From Setoptus koraiensis (lineage: Eukaryota > Animalia > Arthropoda): DNA of 64,000 bases. The DNA lies in NCBI GenBank assembly GCA_048013815.1, contig CM106586.1, positions 19,468,001-19,532,000 on the forward strand. The letters run 5' to 3'. Numbering within the stretch: the first letter of the stretch is position 1; the number at the start of each line of letters is the position of its first letter. A program made the position numbers and the translations under genes. The notes beneath the pieces were generated by a model. The model was given only the letters and a program-made list of their open reading frames with translations, ran no database searches and had not been told where the DNA came from. Of the stretch, positions 38,146-48,900 are shown piece by piece.

Positions 38146-38587
38146 CGCTCTGCAGCAGCAGCAACAATCGCCGCAGCCAATCAACACTGACAGCGGCAAC
38201 AATCAACTAATTAGCACAAACTCTAATCAAGCGCGCTTCGACAGCCAGCCAAACAGTGGCAACCAATTTGCTCAAGCAAACGTCCCGACACTAATGGGCC
38301 CCAACCCAGCCAGGTTGCCCGTTACAATGAGCAGTGTGAGGTCGCCCGTGATGGGTGGCGCTGCCGATCAACAACAACAACAACGCCAGCAACAACAACA
38401 ACAACAACAGTCAGGCGGCGATCAGCCGACAATCTCAGATCAACTTGCACAACGTATGGTGCAGGGGCCCGTGGATGAACAACGGCAACAACAAAAACAA
38501 CAACTAGACAGTGACAACGGCTTCGGGTTCCCAAGTGCCAGCAGGCAAGAACAAGAGCAAATTGCGGTTAGCGGACGACGCGCCTAA
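33500..38587 (+). CDS. Giant secreted Q/N/S/T-rich protein with one C-terminal chitin-binding peritrophin-A (CBM14/ChtBD2) domain, CPAP1-like, 1695 aa, single exon
   Basis: 5.1-kb uninterrupted ORF with signal peptide MASVSLVYLVAVVALSATSING. The domain at ~37826-38102 (IPGEPEQDYPIYSSAPKTSFSC...GYYADLESKCQAFHIC...FLCPNGTIFSQQHFVCVWWWQVDC) has the six-Cys peritrophin-A spacing and the typical arthropod IPG.P..DYPIY lead-in. Confidence 0.93.
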
Positions 38588-40468
38588 CGCAATCGTTGTG
38601 ATCTACTTATATACTATTGTGACTAATTAAATACTAATTATGATAGTACCTCTCGTGCGATTGACGCCAACCACTTAGAATGGCATGAGTAATAGAAGAT
38701 GATGTAATCAATTTCAATATGTGAGATATACATTCATTTTCGTCTTGTACAGCTGCACCACAACACACAAAAACACATACAGATTGCTAATTGTTTTCAA
38801 TAATACGGTTATGTGGTGGTTGACGACAACAAACAAAAGAATCCCAAGAATTTGTTGACAAACGTATATGCGAAAAAAGATGCCAGATTGGACAAAAATA
38901 ATGAACAATGTTGTGTAGTATAATAACATATGATGATGTAGTGTTTTTGTTTTTGTTGGCACCCACAGGCCGTATTAATGAATTCAAAAAATATAAACTG
39001 TGTATTAGGACTCATTTATAAATATTCAACTATTATTATTACCGTAATAAACTATACTTAAACTAAAAACAATTGTTGCGTCATGTCTGCTCTCTTACAT
39101 GCATCTATAGTAAGACCTCTTCCACGACACAGACGACACAGGACCTCTTCCATTAGAATAATTAGTAGGGTAGGGCAAATCAGTTCCGAGCCGAACTATT
39201 CCTGTGCATGGCAAAATCCTAAAATTTTTCTAGCGAGTCATTCTTATCATAAGGATGATTTTGAGACGTATTTGTAGTCACCGAAAAACCGAAATTCAAC
39301 CCATTTTCCCCAGAATCACCGATGCTCCTGAGGCAGTTGTGGCTATTCTGGCTGGTTCGAGGGACTCACCTGGTTGTCGGTGGCTCGGACTTGCATGACA
39401 GGTATGATCAGAGGTTCCGGTCCTACCGGCATGGGTTCAGGCCGGTTTTGTTGGCGCTGTTGACGTTTGTGTTGGCGGCGGCGCTGGCGCTGGGCGGCAG
39501 TGAGAGGTTGTGGTGGCTGTTGTTCTTGTTGCTGTCGCTCTTATTATTGGTGCTGTTGTGGTCGCCGGTTGACTCGCTGGCTGGCTCGAGAGGGGCTCGA
39601 GCGTGGCTGCTGCTGTGGTTGTTGTTTTGGCTGTTGTTGTTGTTGTTGCCGGCTGATGGCATATACAGCGGCAAGGTGATCATTGCCAGCACCCACACCT
39701 ACACCAGTACTAGCGACAGCAGCAAAATTCCGCTGATGATCCGTATGATGACCAAAAGCACGAGCTGGCCATCATTATTACGCAATCAACGCGTTGATAA
39801 ACAGAGAGCAACAGCTCCATGTTGTGACTTGCGCCTGTAACTGATTTAGCGTATCTCTAACCGGACGAAAGATGGCGCCATCGTTGGTGGGAGCGCGATA
39901 CAACATGAACGGAGGCGAAACGAGGCTGGCAAGCTAGTTGACATGCCCCGCTAGGCATTTGATCAGCATGCGCAATTGCGTTGGTTTAAATGTGTCGCCG
40001 CTATCGTGTGTCGTTTTTGTGTTTGCTTGCTTACGCGTTTGTTTATACGCGTCGATTGCGATTGGCGTTGCGATGAAAAAGTGGTGAATTGTGGCCAAAA
40101 GAAGGCAAAGTTAGTTGAGTAGTGGCTCCCCCTAAGAGCGGACAGGCAAAATTGAGCGTGTTTGCCGTTTGAAACAAAAAGTGTGTGTGTCTCTATTACC
40201 TGTGTTTGGTGCCCATCAAAAGTATGAAAATAAATTTTCTCATTTGTGCGACTTATGGAAAGTGCGATCAAAATGATAGTGTCAGTGCGCTTGTTGTACA
40301 ATTTAATCAATTCGTCTATCGTGCTCAAGTGTCATCATTAGTGAGGTCGATTTGCATAGTGATTGGTGGCGCTGATTTGCATATTGCGTGCGCCAGATAA
40401 ACAAACAAACAAACAAAGCCAAGACAGAGCACACAAACAACATAATTAATTAGTATGCATATAGTGTT

Positions 40469-41525
40469 ATGATGAAAGGCAGTTACAATCGGCCTGCACT
40501 GGTCGACAGCAGCAACAACAGCAACACCAACAGCAACACCAACAACACCAGGCAGACAATGAGCGACGCCAGTGCCAGTTTCATCGATGTAGTTGTTGGC
40601 GGCCAACAACAGCAACGCCAAGATGCAAATCTGTTGATTGACATAATGCAACAACAGCAACAACAGCAGCAGCTCATTAACCAAACTAGCGCCAAGCCAC
40701 CGTTTGTGCTGGTGCGAATGCTCACCAGTTCGAATCTGTGCCTGCTCGTGGCAATTGTGATATATCTGTTCGTTGGCACGCTGTTGTTTGCCAATTCCTT
40801 CGACGACCCACTCACCCTGACAGGTATCGATTCCGTTCGGACGGAGGCCGTTGACCACGCTGGTCAGCAGCAGCAGCCGTCTCAACCGGTTAGCACGGCG
40901 CCGCCATCGAGCGCCGGCCCCGCAGTGCCCAGGCAACCATCACAAACAAATGACAACGATAAGACGAACAAGTTGCATCATAATCATAATGTGATGAGCG
41001 TCAAACAGCTGAGGGCGCACACGGTCAACAGAATGTGGAATATAACCAATCAATTCAATGTTCTATATGAGACCAATTGGACCAAACTGGTTGAGCGTGA
41101 AATGCGACAATTTGAATTTGAGCTATTGCGCGCCATCTCGCGTCAATATGAGGCCGGCGACAATTGGCTCACGAGGACAACGACATCATCGTCGACGACA
41201 TGGCCCCATCATCAGCATCAATCATCAATTAACGAATCCGTTACGTCATCATTATCAGCAGCGACGAGCAGTGATAACAGCAGCAGCTATATCAGTAGCA
41301 ACGCTGCTGACGATGAGGAGCAACGCACGACAGATGTGACCTATTTGATTGATTGGCTCTGGCTGCAAGTGGCGCCCTCGCTGGCCCGCCGGCCCCAATC
41401 AAAATCGTCAATTGTTGGCAGCTACAACTACGATAACAACAACAATGGTGATAACAACAACAACATTAGATTGCTCAGGTACCGACAATCCTTTCTATTT
41501 TCGTTAACCACTTTGACCACAATAG
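40469..41525 (+). CDS. First coding exon of a two-pore-domain K+ channel (K2P / TWiK family): M1, extracellular cap and most of pore helix P1
   Basis: M1-like SNLCLLVAIVIYLFVGTLLFANS; cap motif MWNITNQFNVLYETNWTKLVEREMRQFE; pore helix SFLFSLTTLTTIG. A canonical donor (ATAG|GTGAGT, intron from 41526) splits the first Gly codon of the GYG filter. The read-through ORF to 41677 runs into a 9-bp repeat. No downstream exon was found in the window. Confidence 0.88.
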
Positions 41526-41600
41526 GTGAGTGCTCGCACAATAATGACAATCTTGGCCACATGGCGTCGTCTTTCGTCGAAAAGTTATCTCTCTGTGATA

Positions 41601-41672
41601 CGTCTAGTACGTCTAGCACGTCTAGCACGACTAATACGTCTAATACGTCTAATACGCCTAATACGCCTAATA
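41601..41672. repeat. 9-bp tandem repeat x8 (CGTCTARYA family)
   Basis: CGTCTAGTA, CGTCTAGCA x2, CGACTAATA, CGTCTAATA x2, CGCCTAATA x2. Confidence 0.95.
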
Positions 41673-44350
41673 TGTAATTTGTGGCGCCAACGTCTAAAGT
41701 TATTCGAGTCTCACTCGCATCGCGGGCGCTAGGCGCAAAGTCAGATTCACTCACGACATATTATTATTATTATTATATACAAATTGTATATAATGATACA
41801 ATGTGCAGACTGGCTCATATATTGGCAAATCATCAGCTACAGTGCAGCCGACACGAATAGTAGTTGTCTAATTATGTTTGCATGAAGACGACCCCTTGAT
41901 TAGTCGCGTGCCTAATTGTTTAGTAATAATAGTCTCGCCAAGAAGACAATTAATCATAGTGTGCGCTACATGGGAGTTGTAATTAAGTTGCGTGATGACT
42001 AGTGGGCCAACGTTGGGCTGTCGTTTTGATATTATTTAGCGGCAGCATTAGTGTGTCATGGCGTATATGTGGAAGCCCTGTTACAGGGGGCGCTATTTGT
42101 AGTTTGTGAGACAGCCACACACTGGCACACGTTGGCTAGCTCACAATGTCAGTCACAATTCTGCTTCTGTTAGCTACCACTATTCCGTCGGCTGCCAGCG
42201 CCGACGTGATGCCCTCGCTCCACGTCTATCCACGTCTATCCACGTCTATCCACGTCTATACAGAGCCGCCTAGCTGCCGAGCGAGCCCAAACGAGCCAAC
42301 TGCACAACTTTGTTACGCAACTAACTTTGTTAGCAAACGGGCCAAACAGTCGAACAGCTAATTGGCCAACAATGAGGCGTTTGTCGAGATTGCACAATAT
42401 CAGGTGATCAATTTGTCTTGGCTGGAATTGTGTGTGTGCGCCGACCGCTGTGGGCCCCCGCAGCAACTGGCCGATTAATGAGCCTATTGAATTAAACGCT
42501 CTGTCCAACGCTCAAAATGTATCCCTGGCACGCTGGCTGGCTGGCTGGCTGACACAGTGCGGCCCGTATTAGGCCGATTAAGCTGCGATATTTAAGTTGC
42601 GAGCGAGTTGTATGAATGGATCTCACAAGTCAGTCGTCTTGTCGACTGTTTGTGTGTGCGAGCGCGGGCGGAATCTTGTAAATTTCAAGTGCATGTTTGT
42701 AGTGCAGCGAATATACGGCTACTAACTACACAGCCGAGCACAGTCTACAAGTTTGTTTGTTACGTAGTATTACGTAATGGGCGCGCACTCATGCGTTATC
42801 CGCTGCGATCCGGCGCGCCGATGTCGCTTGGCAAGCTCGCTCATTGTCGATGCATCTGTGGCGTCTCGCAAGTTGCCAGTCGCAACGCTGAAATGTCGCC
42901 AGCCAGCCAGCCAGCCAGCCAACTTGATCCAGTTATATCGCACAGTTATATCAGCCAGTTATATATCGGCATTAGCGGCAGCAACAACAATGCCTCGACG
43001 ACGCTTGTTGGCCTCTCTCTTCGATGCTCGTTGGCCCGCTCGGATGCTTGTTGGCCTCGCTCGGAATCTCCAGTTGGCCAATTGGGCCGCTTGTATTTGC
43101 GATAGTTTGATTAGTTTGCGAGGCCGCCGCTTTCGTTGCGCGAATAAATAAATATAAAATTGTCGCGCACGACAACAACAACAACAACAACAACCACCAC
43201 CCCAAAGACGGGCCAAGTGTTTGCCGGGTTCCCCAGCCAGCTCGGCTATTAACATTAACAATGGCATAACAAGTGAGTGGTGTCACATATATGTCGATTG
43301 AGCTCATTGAGCAAACAACATTGAGCAACGACCGGGCTAATTAAATGGACACTTGGCGCCCCTGTCGTGTGTCTAATTCAGCTGACTAGACACACAACGG
43401 GCGCACAAATAACGGGGCGCCATCGTGGCCAACAACAGCACAAAATACAAGCCACACTGGCGGCCAGTTTCACAGGTGAGCTCTCTCAAAATTAATTGGC
43501 CCCAACTCCCGGCTCAAATTAACTGTCCTATCCTTGCTACTCGATGCTTGCGCGCGATACGAGCGACTCGACGGGCTCGTTAGCGGGACGAAATGCAAAA
43601 TTGCACCCGATCCAGTTTAGCTGCCCCCCCCACCCCCTTTCGGGTGCGGCAACCATTACAGGTGGCAACTATTGCGCCTATCGGTACGACTATCGGCCGG
43701 TTGAAGTGCAAACTCACCTGTGCTGCTGTCACTTTCTGAGACATCAACGGCGCCGCCATGCAAATTCGCACTATACTTGACGAAATTGTCCCCAGGCGAA
43801 CAAAGGCGCCCCATGTTTCGCACTGGCATGCTGTGGCCCCGCTAACTAACCTGATTATTGAATAAACTGGATGGACAGCCCGAGGCGTTATTAGGTTATT
43901 TGTTCATTGGATGTGGCTTTGGGGGGCCGGCGCCGCGGACGGGATAAAGCCCACATGATAGAGGCCACTGACCAGCTTGCATGCTGCAGCGCCCTCTGCC
44001 TCTGGTGCTTGTTGCCGCTGTTGTTATAAACGCATCATCGCCGTGTTTATACAAGCCAGGAATTGAGGCCAAGGATTGACAGGAATTGGGGCCCAGAATG
44101 GGCGAGTTAGCGGCCGACCGACGTGCGTTTGTCCGCTCGGAATTGGATTATTGGAATCAAATAATCATAGAGTGATACTTTCGCTCTATGATTATCGCTC
44201 CATCGCTCGTCTTGTTTCTCGCGCACTGTTCGCAACTGTTTTGTGTCCATTCTTGGCCTCTTTCGGGATATTGTGCGCTCCGGCGCGACTCGAAACATTG
44301 CCGACAATCGCGCGACAAATCACGCACATTCGGCGGCGATAAATTCGGCA

Positions 44351-44414
44351 GAAATCGGCGCGAAACTCGGGCGAAATCGGCGCGAAACTCGGGCGAAATC
44401 GGCGCGAAACTCGG
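44351..44414. repeat. 22-bp tandem repeat x~3 (GAAATCGGCGCGAAACTCGGGC)
   Basis: Read directly; degenerate GAAATT/CGGC flanks on both sides. Confidence 0.9.
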
Positions 44415-45897
44415 CAGAAATTGGCGAGAAATTCGAGCGGACACAATGATTCAACTCATTTATCATTTACACTTACAAATCGCAAATAGTTTGTTGGCCG
44501 GCCGAGCTGGCGTCGGTGTTTCGCCACCGGCGACCGTCGACCGTCGACTGGCAAATGGAGACCGGCGAATGGCGACCGGCGGTTGGCAAATGGCGACTGG
44601 CAAATGGCGAGTCGGATCGGATGCATTGATTGTGCGATTATGCAATCCATGGTCATTAGTTGCATTATTGGAGTCACTCAATCACGGCGCACTAATAGTG
44701 CCCGCGTCGCCTATAGGGGCGTCATATGACGACGCCGGCCACTGTAATGGAGATTGCCCAAACTGACAAGTGACTGCTCGCCACCGGCCCGACCGGCACT
44801 CACAAGTGTCGGGCCGGCTACACTTGCACTTGTGCAGCACGCATTTATACATTGCACAATTATACACTGGCGCTGCTTGGGAGCGCCAGTGTCACTTCCG
44901 CTTGCGAGCAAATTCGTGTGACGGGCGCCGTTCGAATTCGTCTGACGTTCGGAAGAGCGCGCTCGCGCCAAGACGCTTCGAACGGGGCCCCGTTGGGGCC
45001 AGACCAGACAGCGACAGACAGCGACAGACAGCGCCAACTTGACAGTGCGCAATGATTGATATATATTTATATGATTCTTTATAAATCATCATGAATAGAT
45101 CAGCGCGGTAACTCGCTCAGGGGGAAATCCTGTCCCCTGTAGAATGCGCCATAATCGCGCATAGTTGTACCGCTACAGTATGTGAAACGGTGAGTTTCTA
45201 TATATACACACATCTATATATAACTTTATATAACACTGTGCACTTGCCGCTGACTCTCGCCGGCGGGGTATAAATGAAAAGTGTCATAATTACGGCGCGT
45301 ATATACGCCGGTCGTCATCGCGCGCTGCCCTGGAAAAAAGTAAAATAATAGAGACAGACAAAACAATGGAGCAGCGAGCGCCCCCAACTGTTACAACGCG
45401 GCAATGTTGCGCAACGCGCCAGCACCTAGCCGTCGTGCCTCACGTAGGCCGGCCATTTATCACTTCCGATCGCATGGGTTGCATTGAGCCGAATGCGCCG
45501 ACAGTGGCTCTTTTTGCACGAGTTGCCAGCAACGAGTTTGCAGAAGAATGGCGAATTCACCAAAAAGAAAGGGCTCGCCCCCTCGCTCGCCTTCTCGCTC
45601 GCTCTGTCGCTCGGCCCCCGGTCGCGATCTTTCTCGGAGACTCGCGCCGGCAACAACAGCAGCGCCGACTGGAGTCACGTCGGCGAGGAATGCCTTTCTT
45701 GGCTCGGATGCTCCGATGCTGCGAACGCTCGCCAGCGAACGCCCGGCCGGCCCCCACCGAGCCCAAACGAACCACTGAAAGAAAGGAAATTTGCGCGCCC
45801 GATCACATAATCGCGGCCCCGCACACAATGGGTGCAAGTCAGCGAATCAGCGCGCCCAGGCCTGACCGAGCAAAAGGGGCCCGCTGCCCATTCATCA

Positions 45898-45981
45898 GCG
45901 CCACTCTCGTTCGAGCCGGCGCCACTCTCGTTCGAGCCGGCGCCACTCTCGCTCGAGCCGGCGCCACTCTCGCTCGGGCCG
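45898..45981. repeat. 21-bp minisatellite x4 (GCGCCACTCTCGYTCGRGCCG)
   Basis: Read directly; explains the ATLVRAG/ATLARAG repeats in the 45366-46070 ORF. Confidence 0.9.
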
Positions 45982-48900
45982 GCGCATCGCAAACGGGTCC
46001 GACTACGGCGCTGTGGCGAGTCCACTCGCGACAATTGGCCAGATTGTTGCCGAATGCGATGCGATTTTAGCTGACTCGGCCCGGCCCGGCCCGGCCGAAA
46101 TTGGCCCCCTTAATAGGTCAACTTTTGTTGTTGGTTGCGCTGGCAGCTTCTCAATGGAACAACGACGACACAAACAAACACCCGACATCCATCGTTGAGC
46201 CGCTGCCGTCGGCGGACCTGTCGCGGGCCTGTCAATGGCCAGTCACAGGCTATTGATCATCTCTGTCGGGATTGTCCGCTGACGAGAAAACGCTCGGCCA
46301 TAGATTGATTTTTGTGCGCTCGCCGCCACCAATCCGTCACAGCGAGCACAAAAATGTTGGTGGCGGCGCCAAAAATGGTCGCCATATCATCATATCTCTT
46401 CGCCAAGACAACCCAAACGATCCGAACAAATCCAGTGCGAGGCTCCCACTGAAGGCGCGATTTTAAAAGTTTTGCCGCAATCAGCTCGCATGTGCAACGC
46501 AGCGAAATTTGCCATCTCGTAAGTGATTGTCGCTCTCCGTGGCGTCCTTGAATCGGCCCCATCAACCATCCCGCTGGCTCCGGCTCGACTAGTCCGAGCG
46601 GCTCGATACTTCCGAGCGGCTCGGTATCTCGAAAATTGGCGGCGCGCGATTTTCCCGAGTAAATCTTTCAAAAAGCGCACCCTTCCGCGTTGAGCCGGCC
46701 GGCCCGCCGGCGAGCCGATTCAGTCGACTGATTCAGTCAACTGATTCCGTCAACTGATTCCGGGCCGCGGCGTCCAATCAACAAAATCCCGTTGAGTCTC
46801 ACTCGTTGGACGCATGATGAGTGGGCCGCGGACTTGGGGCGCCGGCCGGCGGGCACGCGCCAACAATGCGACACTGCATGTAACAAATGTATCAAAGGGG
46901 TGCGCGCCGTGCGCGCCCAGATTAGGCGGCATTAAATCGGGATTTGGGCAGCGCGCCGCGCTGGCCATATTGCTCGGGTCCGGCCCGCGAGCGCCCGCAA
47001 AATTTCGGGCCAGAGGCGCCGCAAGGCCGCGCCGGCCGACAGAGCCTACAGGGCCGCGAACGTCAGCGCTCGGGCCGGGCGATCGCTGAAAGGGAAGAGG
47101 TGGCAAACTATCGGTTTGCTCGCGACTGGATAGACGCTAAATCCGGACCGAGCGGCAACTGTCACCGTCCCGAAACGGCGTCATCCTGATCGGTTGAGAC
47201 AGGCTACCTCCCATTGCTTTGTTAACAATTGTCGCACGACAATGCCGTCCAGCCAGCCATGAGCTTGCTCATCATCGAGCGTGATCTATGGCGACGCGGC
47301 GCATTGGCGGCGCGATAATACGGCATGTCATCAGCAACAAGCCGGATAAGCTAGGCGGCGCCGGCAGTCTGGCGGCCAATGTCTCAACTCGCCAACGCAA
47401 ACTTATTATTGCCGATCGTTGGAGCGTTAAAGTTTGCCCATTGCGCGTTGCTGCTAAATTCCCGCTCTCTAAATATATCTAAATGTATCTATCTGTGTGT
47501 CTAAATGTATAGCTACCGAATGCAACAGTGCCCATCGCAATTGTGCGCGAGTGTGATGCGTTTATCTGGCCACCAGAGGGAAGGGCCCAAAATGATGATT
47601 ACGTCGTGTTACGTAAGATAATGCCAGCACTTGGTTGCATGCACGCGCAGCGGGCCTCCAGCTAATCAAATTGGCCGGCAAGCCACGTTGATACAATGGC
47701 ACGCGGGCTTTGCATCTGTTGGTGTGATACAGATACAAAGATACACGCTGGCGCTAGCGGGCACGTAATTTAAATAATGCAGTTGCGCAAGTCGACGCCA
47801 GGGCGCCCCCGTGGCCTGCGAGCTTGCCAGTTGCTTCCAGTTGCCAGTGGTTGCGGCCAGCACAGATTTGCTCGCTCTCGGCTCTGGCCGCTCCGCTCGA
47901 GATTTCCGCTGGCAGCCGGCGCGACGCAGGGGCCCCAATGGCGCGCTCATTCAATTATGTAAATCAAGCGACGTTGTTTATGCGCTTGAGCGTTTATGTG
48001 CGCGTTGTTCACATGTGTGTGCGTGTCGTCCGGCGACTTTCTGACGGCAAGCTGACTAGACAATACTGGCCAGCGGCCCGACATTTTTGGCCGGGCCGGG
48101 CCGGCCCGGCCCGGCCAAAAATGAGCCGCATCATTACCGGGCCCGAGTGGCCGGCTCGTCGGCGCACTGCATGACACGCTCCGCAGTCTAGTTAGGAATC
48201 TCAGCCAGAGATGTGACTGGCTGGCGCGACAACCCGGCGCCCGCAAACAATATGAGCCAATGGCCACACATTCAGGCCAATACAAGCGAATACACGCGAA
48301 TATAAGCGAATAAAAAATTGCATAATAATTCAATTTGTGCGCCTGTCGGCCGGCCTAATGTCCGCGTGTTTTGGCCCCTACGCGGCCACACTGCACGCGT
48401 AGGGGCCTCACTTATTATTGCGTCATCGTGCTTCATGCTGCTGTTGTCGCTGTTGTTGCTGTTGTCGCTGCTGCTGGTGCCGGTGTGGCCGGTGGCGCGG
48501 TTGTTGGCGTTGTTGTGGCCACTTGTAACTTTGTTGTTGCGCGGCTTTGATTAGATTTGCTGTCGCCTCCTTTCTGGCCACCGTTTACACGCGTCGCACT
48601 GGCCACCGCTTGACCGCCGACAACGCCCACTGACCGGCAAACAAACACACGGGCCGGCCGTTGGGAAAAACTCGTTTCTTAGTGGCCGCATTTGCTGCGT
48701 CTGGTCCGCACCACATTCTGGTGTGCTCAGGCGCGCCCACTTCCGGCTCGGATAATGGCAGCGGGTACACGTTGAATGAGGCTCCGTCTGTCCGCTAGGT
48801 TTTGTTTCTTGCCGCCTCTGACCGTCTAAAGTCGGCAAAGGTGAGCTGGCTGGCTGGCTGGACAAGGCGCGTTCGCAGACCGAGGCACACAAATACGAGC

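Noticed and set aside
41526-41677. C-terminal 50 aa of the 402-aa ORF as part of the canonical channel
   Set aside because: Lies after a perfect GTGAGT donor, replaces GYG with GEC and translates a 9-bp repeat; treated as intron.
45366-46070. 234-aa ATG ORF with ATLVRAG repeats
   Set aside because: The repeats come from a 21-bp minisatellite; the rest is R/A/P-rich with no domain. A nested gene is not excluded but is unsupported.
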